Below, one piece after another: positions 11,651 through 22,240 of a stretch of DNA of 64,000 bases. The notes under the pieces were generated by a model that searched no databases, was not told the origin of the DNA, and was given only the letters and a program-made list of their open reading frames with translations. The stretch lies in NCBI GenBank assembly GCA_036630325.1, contig CP142732.1, forward strand, positions 930,001-994,000, read 5' to 3'. This DNA is from Vairimorpha necatrix. Its lineage: Eukaryota. How positions within the stretch are numbered: position 1 is the stretch's first letter; every line of letters starts with the position of its first letter. A program made the translations under genes and the position numbers.

Positions 11651-13003
11651 ATTGGGGATAAAAAATTTATCATAAACATTATTATATAACATACATCGAA
11701 TTGTAATAATGTTATTAATACCACATAGGGTTATCAATTATTATCATAAAATTGCATTTGTCTAAATAAAAAATTAAGAAACATTTGTTAAATTACGAAA
11801 TTTGTCAAAATATCTTGATAGCAAAGGTAATGTCGTAACAGGAATGGGAAAAACGAGTATCCTAGATATACCTTATGTATGTAAGACGAAAAAAAAATAA
11901 GCGGGACAACATGGACTGTAAAAGATTAACTACGATTTCAGACATAGTAAATTGATAGAAAAGGTAGAGCATATTAAAGTATTATTCTTAATTTTGCATA
12001 GGAAGATTGAAATTATTGCGGTTTAGTTTCGTTTATTTAAATGATAAAGTAAAAAACACAAAAGAATCCAATGATAACTTTCACTAGAGCATATACCTTA
12101 GAAAAAATTATTACTAAAAAAGCACAAAATTAATATCTATTGCAATATTTTTAAATAAAAATTTTTATGTAGAGCTTAAAATCGTTTAGATATAAAGTAT
12201 TTACAGGTATCTATAACTCCACTTTTCTATTTTTAATTGATAGTGAGATATTAGTTTTTATAAATATTCTGAATTATTCATTATAAGCAAGTTTATACAT
12301 ATTAGAGAGGATTTTGTTTGATAGTTAAATGATATTTTTACGTAATAAACACAAAAAGTTGCAAAGCAAATAAATAAATTTTTTCAGGCGAACCCAATAA
12401 TAAATATTTTTAATGTAAAATTTGCCTTGGCCGTAAGAAGGCATAATACTGTATATATGCTACATTATTTTGACGTTGTGCAATAAATATGAAAATATAT
12501 GGTGAATATGAGGAAACTTAAAATTTAAATATCTCCTCGTATATGTGAAGCAGATAGAAAAAGATCTAGAATTTCGTGTCGATTAATGGCAACAATTGCC
12601 TTTACACCATATTGTTTCGCTAAACAATTTTAATCAAACTAAAGTCCGATAATGTTTTTTATGTAGTTGTGGTAAATATTATCAACTCCTAACAGAGTAA
12701 AACGCGATCAATGATCAAATGAAGCCTCTTTTGTATGCAGTATCAAAAAATTAAAAAATTTAATTGGAGAATATGTTTGCTGTTAAATAAGCATAAATTG
12801 AATGTAATTCATATACGACTAGCCTAGATTATAGAAGGTATGCCAACGATGTGAACGATCTAATGACATGTGTCAATTTAAATTAACACCCAAGTTTTAA
12901 TCAATGAATAAGTAAACAGGACAATAATTATTAGGGCCTATATTAGATACTATAAAAGAGACCTATAGTTTATATGTAAAATTTTTACCCCCAAATAAAT
13001 ATT

Positions 13004-15140
13004 ATGAAAATATTTTCTATCATTTTAATAGTACAAACTAGTCGACTTAAATATGCTATATTGTATGATAGAATTATGAGAAAAATAGAAAATAGAAATT
13101 ATATACCTATTAATTCAAAGAAAATGCGTGATTTTGTACATGTTTTTAAGAATAAAAATAAAATTTTGGTAACAATTATCGGTAATTGTGATTATAAATA
13201 TCGTTTTTTATATAATCTGCGAGGATATGTCTTTAAACAATATTCTAGGCATGATCAAAGGTATTGTAAAAAATGTTATCAATTTTCCAACTGATAACAA
13301 AATCATTTTGATGTATGAAGAAAGTGAAATAGATGAAATCATTAACTTTAGTAGCTCTATTACCACGGGTAATGTTATAATCATATTAAAGAAAGAAATA
13401 ATAATAGAAAAGACGAATCTGAAATCTATTATGATAAAAAACATAAAAAATTCTGTTCTGGAAAAAACGATTTATGAAGAAAAAATTTATAATAAGCATC
13501 TAAATAAAAAAATATCTTCTATTGGAGTACATTTATTTCACATGGATATACGTAGACATTACATTAAAATGCGTATTCTAACGGAAAATAATAGCCACAT
13601 ATTTAGACTTTGTATTGTTGATATCTTTAATTTGCCGAAATACATATGTATTTGCAAATACAATGAAATCGAAATATTTAATAAACTAGTTGAGTTGAGT
13701 AAGTTATCTGACGATAATTTTACTAGAGTTTTATAGAAGTAAACTTCTTGCCAATAATATGTACATCTAGTACGTTGAAGTTATGGATAGAAAGGAAAAT
13801 TTTAAATTGGAGATAGGATTGAGCATTATATGCTTTCAAAAAACCTATAGAGAATATTTTTTATTCTTACGTGAAGAACAAAATGATTTTTTTGAATACG
13901 AAACATGTTATATAGAATTTCAAAAAATTTTTCCAATACTAATTATAATGAATACGCGAAAAATATTAGAGTAGTTAAGCTGTTTTTATATTTGTAAAAA
14001 TATATAGACAAACTTGAAATTCTCATACAGAGAATTCTTGATAACCCCGGATTGAGTTTATGTATTTTGTTTCATTTATGCTTACAAAATGATGCATTAG
14101 ATCGAGATAAATTTGAATTTAAGCTAAGAATATAAACATTCTGAAAGATATAAGTTGATGGTTATAAATACATTTTACGAACAAATGAAATTAATTAGTC
14201 AGCCAAAATTATATTTAACACGAATATGTCTGCTAATCGAAGCAGAAGGATATATTAATAGAAATGAGGCAAGTACTGATAGTATATAAAAAAATATACA
14301 AGACATTTATAATCTTATTGGTTTAGAAAATACTACAAGTAAAAATTTTGATTTTTGTAGAACAATAAAAGAATCAAGAAATATTTACATAGATAAATTT
14401 AAAAAAAAATTAAGAAATATTTTTTTAAGAGAATCTGTAAAACAACATCATTATTTGTAGAACTGAGTGACAATATTTACTACAAATATTATACAGATCC
14501 TTCTAACAAGGATAATATCATTAAAAGTCTAAATCTTGATAAAAATTACATAAAACGATATAAAAAACTATTAGACGCGAATTATTGGAAATACCTCAGA
14601 TGATAGGAAATATGAAAATTTTAGAAACCTAAAGAAAAATTTATACATATAAGCAAAAAAATAATACAAAATCAAAATTTGACGCAAGAATTACAAGAAA
14701 TACTAGAAAAGGCCGAAATACTAATATCAAAGGTTTTTTAATATATTAGCATGTGAGAGTTTCAAAATGGATTATTCGATTCGTTCTTAGAAGTGATCGA
14801 TAGAACGTTTAATAACCCTATGATAACAAAAAAAATAAATAAATAATTAAGAAATATCATGTCAGATAAAAAAAAAAATTATTATCTACGCATGAAACAT
14901 TATCTAAGAAAAAACTTAAAATTAAATATTAACTTTATTTTTCATCGAGGACTATATAAATCATTTAGAAATGAATTTAATGATGATTGGCACAAAAAAA
15001 ACAATATGTGACGAAAATTATATCTATTTTCGAGTATTATTGAGCGAAAAAAATTATAAAGATGCTTAACGATAAGGGAAAAATTCATAAAGGGTTGATA
15101 AAAACTCGAAAATCAGAAGAAAATCATGCTGGCACTTAAT
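13004..15140 (+). pseudogene. Frameshifted lineage-specific gene with a signal-peptide-like N-terminus
   Basis: CCCCC motif then MKIFSIILIVQTS. Overlapping fragments 13004-13294, 13188-13736 and 13783-13974 are followed by coding-like but stop-ridden sequence. Confidence 0.5.
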
Positions 15141-15292
15141 AAATAATCTTATCATTTAACAATTTTCTATTTTTTAAGATTTAGTGCTTATAACGGGTTT
15201 CATTTGATAGAGACCTAAAAAATATAACATCAAGATTAGAATGTTGTATCACACTGTATCCTCTGAAATTCTAAAATAATTAACATAATACT

Positions 15293-17030
15293 TGTCACCG
15301 TTCGGATTGGACGCCCGTTCGGACTGGACGCCGGGGAAAATGCTTATTTGAGAAGGGTAAAAAATTAAAAAAAATTGGTGTTTATTTTTTATTTGTTTTT
15401 AAAATTATTTTAAAAATAAGGGCATGAAAACAAAATTGAATAACAATGAAAGACAAGAAGTTTTTGTCTTTTTACAGACTGGTGTTGTTCCAACAAGGTT
15501 GGTAACAAAACAAGAAAGAGATGCTTTCAAAAAAAAAGCACAAAAATTTATCCTTTTTGAGGATGTAATTGACGGCATCACAGAGCTCACGGTGAGATTT
15601 AAAGTAGGTCTATATAGATCATTAAGATTCTTTACCACCAACGAGCAACGATTCAAAATCGATTATATAAAATTGATCCACGTCTCAAATGGGCATGCGG
15701 GACGGGACAGATTGTTTCCATTATTGCAAACAAAAGTCTACGACGCTTCACAAAAAGATATCCAGAGGGTCTTGAATAGCTGTGATATATGTCAATCAAA
15801 GAGAAATCTAGTAACTAGACCAGTTATTAGACCAATTGTAGCAAAGTATCCAAGGGAAAGATATGTTGCAGACTTGATTGATCTCCGGCTATATCACGAA
15901 CTCAATGAAGGATATAAATGGTTATTGAATATTGTAGATTCATTTACCAAATTTTGTTGGACGGTACCACTGTTTGACAAAACAGGTATTAGTGTGGGGA
16001 ATGCCTTTGAAACATTGTTTAGAACATTTGGTTCTTGTTATATACTTCATACTGATAACGGCAGAGAATTTGTAAATCAAACACTCGTCGATTTATGTCA
16101 GAAATATGAAATAAGACACGTAAGGGGGAGAGCTAGATGTCCATGGATACAAGGACAGATAGAACGATGCAATCAAACAATAAAGTGGATGATTGCATCT
16201 ACTCTCAGGACAAAAAATATTTTGGGGCAATGGACCAAGGTAAGAGAAGAAGTTACCTGGTCATATAATAATTTAAGACACTCTACTACGAGACAAACAC
16301 CATTCTCTTTAATGTTTGGTAGACCCATTAGGAACATAATGGACGAGTCTAGAATCATGGATATTCTAGAATCGATTAATAGCGAAAATCACGAACAAGA
16401 GCGTGAGGACGAAGAACGCACTGGAGAAAGTTTAGTAGATGTTCTAGATTGCAATACTAATGAGGAAATCCAGCAACTATATGCTCTTAATAACACAAAC
16501 CTTTTTTTAAATGAAATTTATCATGATGCAGCAAGAATTCATACACAAACTGCTGCAGATAGAATGGTACAAAGAAGTATGTGGAGAAATGATTTCTTAG
16601 AATTTAAAATAGGAGATAGAGTCCTTATAAGACCTTACTTGGACAACAACGTAAATACCCTAAGACATTCTCTTTATGAACATTTAGATGCTGAAGTCTA
16701 TATTGTAACAGACATAATTCAAATTTAAAAAGTAAAATTATGTAAGAAGATGATAATGGCATTATAATAGAAGAAATAAGTACTAGAGATCTAAGGTTGC
16801 TTGGTATTGAATAAAGTACTAAAAATTTTGTTTATTTTATTTTTCTCCTTTTTTCATTATTCCCTCCCATTATTATAAAAAAAAAACAAAAATTCCCCCC
16901 TCAAAAAATCAGAAGAAATTTGAGCTGTCTTAAAGACGAACATTTATTTGTTCTTATTTTCTGGTTCGCCCCTGACTGAAGAGATTTTTTTTTAATTTTT
17001 TACCCCCGGCGTCCAGTCCGAACGGTGACA
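15293..17030 (+). mobile_element. Ginger2/TDD-like integrase DNA transposon with TIRs and a 5-bp TSD
   Basis: Ends are TGTCACCGTTCGGAYTGGACGCC...GGCGTCCAGTCCGAACGGTGACA. ATACT flanks both ends (15288-15292 and 17031-17035). One integrase ORF; no RT or LTRs. Confidence 0.88.
15424..16728 (+). CDS. Retroviral-type DDE integrase/transposase (KRBA2/SCAND3-like)
   Basis: HHCC finger (HVSNGH...CDIC), DDE triad (ADLID, TDNGREF, ERCNQTIK), HSTTRQTPFSLMFGR and C-terminal FKIGDRVL. The extreme C-terminus is probably frameshifted (alternative frame ends at ~16814). Confidence 0.9.
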   Translation: MKTKLNNNERQEVFVFLQTGVVPTRLVTKQERDAFKKKAQKFILFEDVIDGITELTVRFKVGLYRSLRFFTTNEQRFKIDYIKLIHVSNGHAGRDRLFPLLQTKVYDASQKDIQRVLNSCDICQSKRNLVTRPVIRPIVAKYPRERYVADLIDLRLYHELNEGYKWLLNIVDSFTKFCWTVPLFDKTGISVGNAFETLFRTFGSCYILHTDNGREFVNQTLVDLCQKYEIRHVRGRARCPWIQGQIERCNQTIKWMIASTLRTKNILGQWTKVREEVTWSYNNLRHSTTRQTPFSLMFGRPIRNIMDESRIMDILESINSENHEQEREDEERTGESLVDVLDCNTNEEIQQLYALNNTNLFLNEIYHDAARIHTQTAADRMVQRSMWRNDFLEFKIGDRVLIRPYLDNNVNTLRHSLYEHLDAEVYIVTDIIQI

Positions 17031-19042
17031 ATACTTTTTCTTTAAAAATGAGTACTCTATATTTTTCGAACATTAGAGGATCTTCCTAATTCTATGTAGT
17101 AATTAATGACATGTAAATTATCAACTATATAAAAGGCAACGATTTTTCGATGCTGACAAAATTAACAGGTGAATAAAATTGAAACATAAACATAAACACA
17201 CTCTTAGTCTATATTAAAACAAAGTTTGCCGCTTACTTCACCTCCCAACGCTTTTATATTACGTTTACCCCTTGTTTTTATGTTTAAAAAATTGCCTTAT
17301 AAATATTCTATCATTTATAACCTTTTATATTGCGAAAAAGCGATAAAGTCGCTGTATTACTTTTAATAAATAGATTTTATATATCTTGTTATTTTATTGT
17401 ATATTAAGAGTGAAATTAAATTCTATGTTTTTTTTGGTAAAAGAGGTACCAATATGGCACTTTATACTATATAAAATTGATTATATGAATCAAATAAGAC
17501 TTTCTAACTTCTGTGAATTTACGTTTTTTTAAAATTATTTTGAAAAGACACATACAAATAAAATTCTGCTTTTTCAAAACATAATTTATTTGCAACCAAT
17601 ATGCCCATTAAGCTTCCTATTCGGGGTTCGTACAAATTAAATACATAAGTTTAATCAAATTTGACTTAAAAGCTATAACATATAAAAACTTGTTCCTGTA
17701 GTTTTTTAGTCAAGTCATAAATACAATAAGTATTTATATCATTGATTTACAATTGTTTTGTATAAGTCAAAAGTTGTAGGCAATTGACCCCGATACAATT
17801 TTTTACATCAATTACATTTTTTTGCCAGGGCATTTTTTGCAACAAATTTTCATATATGAACAATAATAAACTTTTATGGCTATATAATGTATAATACTTC
17901 ATTTGAACAAATATTTGAGATTTTTTATATCTCACATTTAGACATATTACTTTTCATTTTTTTTTAAAAGTCTATTTAAAAAATATTATATTCTTAAATT
18001 ATCGGAACTTTTCGATTTTAAAATCAAATAGTATTAAATTTCACGTTTTTTAAACATAAACACGACCTACATGCTAAAGATACAAGTAAATTAGAAAAAT
18101 AAACCTTTTGCATTTAAAATTCAAATCATGAGACGCATAGAATACAAATACCCCATAAGCTTCAAAAAATTATTCAAATTTTTTACCTAATCGAGGAATA
18201 TATAATTCTATACTTTGAAAAGTCTCTATAGAACATTTACTAATATAAAAAAAAATCGACGACGTAAACCAACGTAGAGACAACTTACTGAGTTTACTTA
18301 GCAAATCATACAACTTATGTACCAAATAAAAATTTTTAATTTCCAGTATCAATGCGTATTTTGAATTATAATAGAGATTAGTTTATTTACATTGCAATTG
18401 TACTAAAATTTGTTTTCTTACTGCAATTATCTTCTGATTATAATAAATCAAAAAAACAGGCTATTATAAAATTAAAAATGTGAAAATTTTAATATTACAA
18501 TGTAAATGTATCAATTTTAACGCTCGAATGAATCTTGTACTGGATATAATTAATCTGAATACACTACTAAATTATTCATATATTTTCTATCCCGTATGTA
18601 ATGTTTAGGTAGGATTGTTATTAAGATTTTTTAGTTTAGACCAAGTAAAAATATGTTTGCGCAAGTATTTTTCTTAAGCAAATGAAGTCTCTTGTATAAA
18701 TTGAGCAGACAATGGTACTTAAATCAAGAGTAGCAAAAAGTAGAGTTTTCTGCAAACTTTATTTAAGACCAAAGTAGATTAACCGGGATATTAAGAAAAA
18801 AATAATATGAGTAAAAAATTCATTCTAAAGGCAATTTTGGAGCATACCGTTTATAAATGATGATAAAACTATTAAGTTGTTACATAAAATAATTAGTAAA
18901 GAAGCTCTTAATATAAATTCTAAAAAGTACTTTAATATCGAGAATATACACAAATATTAACTCTGATATTACGCTCTGTAAATAAAAAAAATGCAAAATT
19001 TTTTAAAAAGTTTATTTTTAAATATTTGTTTTTTTATTTATT

Positions 19043-19573
19043 TTACGCTATATCTTTTTCTGATCTCAAATATTCCCCATTATCCCCTTGACGTATTACA
19101 GTCAGTTGATATCCCTTGGCTTCTGGATATTTTTCTGGTTTTACCGCACAAATTCCATATCCAAGGCAGACATCTGCTTGATTATAGACAAACACTCCTG
19201 AGTTGATAGGTATATTCTCAGATAATCTATAAATATGAGATTTCAGAGCATTATTTCCATATAAAAAATTCATCTCTGCGCTATTTTTAATCCAGACTTT
19301 ATTAATTGCGTATTGTGAAAGTACTCGTATGCCCGACACGCAGATTCTAAATTTTTCGCTTTTTGTAAATTTCCCTATGACTGTGCCAGCGTAGACAATA
19401 TTGTCTTTGGGGATTGACGACATGTATTTGATAAGATTATTAGGAACAAGAAGCACTCTTTTATGATGTAGAAAAAAAGATTTATCTTTGAGAAGGAAGT
19501 TTATATTGTCGCCAATAAAAAATTTTAGTTTGGCGTATAATTTTGTTTTTTCGTCTAAAGTTAATTCTTTCAT
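19043..19573 (-). CDS. NIP7: 60S ribosome biogenesis protein NIP7
   Basis: MKELTLDEKTKLYAKL...GKFTKSEKFRI...KVWIKNSAEMNFLYGNNALKSH...RQGDNGEYLRSE (PUA domain). Start placed at the ATG after the CCCC motif. Confidence 0.93.
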   Translation of the reverse strand: MKELTLDEKTKLYAKLKFFIGDNINFLLKDKSFFLHHKRVLLVPNNLIKYMSSIPKDNIVYAGTVIGKFTKSEKFRICVSGIRVLSQYAINKVWIKNSAEMNFLYGNNALKSHIYRLSENIPINSGVFVYNQADVCLGYGICAVKPEKYPEAKGYQLTVIRQGDNGEYLRSEKDIA

Positions 19574-19764
19574 TAAAAAGGGGATGAAAAAGAAATTAGA
19601 AGTAGCAGAAATTTGACTTATCGAAATAGCGCTTTTTAGTCTCGTGTAGATATAACCATATATTTTATATAAACACCCCAACTTATAATTATCTAAAAAA
19701 AGACTGTTTATATTTTTTTGAAATTTTCATCTTCAAATTTTTTCTAAAAATTTTACCCCATAAA

Positions 19765-20235
19765 ATGGTAAGGGGAAATTTTGTAATTTAGTTAAAACAT
19801 GTTAAAAAGACCAGAAAATTACGTGGACACGTTTCACATGGACATGGAAGAGTAGGGAAGCATAGAAAACATTCTGGTGGCAGAGGAATCTGTGGTGGTC
19901 TTAAGCATATGAAGACTTGGTTCCAGAAATATCATCCAGATTATTTCGGAAAGAGAGGACACAGAATTTACCACAGAAAGAAGAATGACGAATGGGCAAG
20001 ATGGATTTCTGCTGCTAAATTGTGGTCTTTAATTCCTAAAGAGACAAGATACGAGTTAATTGATAAGCAACAAGAAGGTGTCCCAGTGATCAATTGTAGA
20101 GATTTCGGGTATCATGTAGTTGTAGGTGGAGAACTTTCTCTTGATAGGCCAGTCGTAGTCAAAGCAAGGAAGTTTACAGAAGGTGCTAAAGAGCAAATTG
20201 AGAAGGTAGGAGGAAAATGGATAATTTGTCCTTAA
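19765..20235 (+). CDS. RPL27A: 60S ribosomal protein L27a (uL15); exons 19765-19767 and 19792-20235
   Basis: Spliced product [33 protein letters not shown]...[11 protein letters not shown], in frame with track ORF 19909-20235. Confidence 0.95.
19768..19791 (+). other. 24-nt spliceosomal intron GTAAGGGGAAATTTTGTAATTTAG
   Basis: GT..AG immediately after the ATG, with a TAAT branch motif adjoining the 3' AG. The unspliced frame stops at the intron's terminal TAG. Confidence 0.85.
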
Positions 20236-20593
20236 AATAAATTTTATTTATTTTTTGACGTACTCCCTTAAAGACTTATATTATGTCGATTTGGGTTTAT
20301 TTGGTTTTTTCAAATTTGTTCTTCTTATTGACGCAACTGTTACGTTTATATTTTTTTATTGGCGCTGCTTTTTTTTTTATATTTGCACTTATAAATTTAT
20401 TAAATAGTTTATTACATAAGAATATTTAAAGCACAGTATGTCTTGGCATTGCTCATGGGAATTGGCTCTTTACAAATAATGTTTCTATGTACTTTTTTCA
20501 ACGACACCTCTTCTTTGTAAGTCGCCATTCTGGCTAGTGCGCTTTACATAAAATTTTAAAAATACTTTTCATTTTTTATCTTCCCCTTTTGCT

Positions 20594-21097
20594 ATGACCA
20601 CTTGGTCTTTTAATTCTCATACTTTTACAAAATGTTCAATCACTGAAATTCTTGTAATTCCATCTATAGAAGTTCACAAAATTTTAGTAGAAATTAGCAG
20701 TCAATTTTCCTCTGTTTTTTTTCTTGACACTATTGGAAATTTGACTATTTACAATGATTTTTATTCTCTAAATCTCAATATAGTCACAGTCACTAGTATA
20801 AGGAAATTTCTTAGAGTTCTTAAAGGCTTAAGTAATTCAAATACTGAATTATTAATCATTGATTCCGTTTCTTTCCTTTCTGATGTAAATGTCCCCGTCT
20901 ATACACATTTTTATTCTTTACTTAGTTCACTTTGCACTAAAAACAATTTAACTATAATTTGTACAAATCATTACAGAAATACAACAAAAAACTGTTTTGG
21001 GCCAAAGCTGGGCGTCGTATGGAACAATTTAGTCACCCATAGAATTTTTTATAAATATGAAAAAAATAAAATAACTTATGAAATTACTACTAATTAA
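20594..21097 (+). CDS. Short divergent RecA/RAD51-family paralogue (RAD55/57/XRCC3-like)
   Basis: VFFLDT, Walker B LLIIDSVS, IICTNH and PKLGVVWNNLVTHRI. No recognisable Walker A. Confidence 0.6.
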   Translation: MTTWSFNSHTFTKCSITEILVIPSIEVHKILVEISSQFSSVFFLDTIGNLTIYNDFYSLNLNIVTVTSIRKFLRVLKGLSNSNTELLIIDSVSFLSDVNVPVYTHFYSLLSSLCTKNNLTIICTNHYRNTTKNCFGPKLGVVWNNLVTHRIFYKYEKNKITYEITTN

Positions 21098-21148
21098 AAT
21101 ATCTTTGTCCGTTATTCATTAAAAAGTTATTTTTTACCCTTTTTTATT

Positions 21149-21487
21149 ATGAATAGCGAATTTTGTAAGGAATGTAATAATATGCTTTATCCTAAGGAAG
21201 ATAACACAGACAGTGCTATGATGCTCATTTGTAAATCATGTGAAAATGTACAAGAATCAACAACTAACAGACTGTGTTCTACATATTTTAAAAGTAGAAA
21301 TGTGGGGTACAAGTCATACGCCAAAGCCTTGGCCCACGACCCGACACTCCCTAAAATCAAAATGAATTGTAAAGAATGCGGGAATAATGTGGTGGTATAT
21401 TTCCAGAATAAAGATATAGAAGAAGAAGTGGCCTTTGATTTGGCGTACATTTGCACAAAATGTTATAATTATTGGACAAAACAATAA
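21149..21487 (+). CDS. RPB9: RNA polymerase II subunit RPB9
   Basis: FCKECNNMLYPKED, HDPTLP and two zinc ribbons. Confidence 0.93.
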   Translation: MNSEFCKECNNMLYPKEDNTDSAMMLICKSCENVQESTTNRLCSTYFKSRNVGYKSYAKALAHDPTLPKIKMNCKECGNNVVVYFQNKDIEEEVAFDLAYICTKCYNYWTKQ

Positions 21488-21526
21488 AAAATTAATATTG
21501 TAAAAATTTTTATTTTTTTTAACCCT

Positions 21527-22126
21527 ATGAATGACAAATCAATTTTATTGAAAAAAATACATGAAGCACTTTCAATTAGAGACACTTTAAAAAAGAATTT
21601 AGAAGATAGAGAAAATGATCTTGTAAATATTGAAGCCCATATACAAGCATTTAATACAATTTTGTATGGTAAAAATAAAAAAGAAATTGAGACCTACAAT
21701 GTAGTGCCAAACTACCACATTACAACATTTCCGATATTTTTGAAAAATAATAAACACATTTTGTCTGTTTTTAGCATCGGCGTACCTACCAAATTTCCTT
21801 TAAAAAGTAAAAAACTTGAACAAATTTTTTACACGGTAGGTTACAAAAGTAAAAGATTGTATTATAAATATAAAGGATATCCTGATGTAGATGACGACTA
21901 TATAATTTACAATTGTAGAACATTATATGAAGATAATCATCTCATTTTTGAGATTAAAACTGATGACGGGTTGACAATCAAAGGAGATGGACGAACAGTT
22001 TTTGAAGAATTTAGAAGTTTGATGATTTACCCATTTGAATATACGACGACTGAAGAATTCTTTGGAATGTGCAGTGAAGAAGTGAATTTACTTATAAGAG
22101 ATAAATATGACTTAGGAATAAATTAG
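21527..22126 (+). CDS. FYR (FYRN/FYRC) domain protein, TBRG1-like
   Basis: IFYTVGYKSKRLY...YNCRT...IFEI (FYRN) and EEFFGMCSEEVNLLI (FYRC). Confidence 0.65.
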   Translation: MNDKSILLKKIHEALSIRDTLKKNLEDRENDLVNIEAHIQAFNTILYGKNKKEIETYNVVPNYHITTFPIFLKNNKHILSVFSIGVPTKFPLKSKKLEQIFYTVGYKSKRLYYKYKGYPDVDDDYIIYNCRTLYEDNHLIFEIKTDDGLTIKGDGRTVFEEFRSLMIYPFEYTTTEEFFGMCSEEVNLLIRDKYDLGIN

Positions 22127-22240
22127 AAAAAACTTGTATTTATAATATTAAATTTAAAATGAACTTTATTTTATTTAATTAAATAACCGTATTAGACAAT
22201 ATTTTTTTCTTTGTCTTCTTGATAAATTTCTACCCATAAA

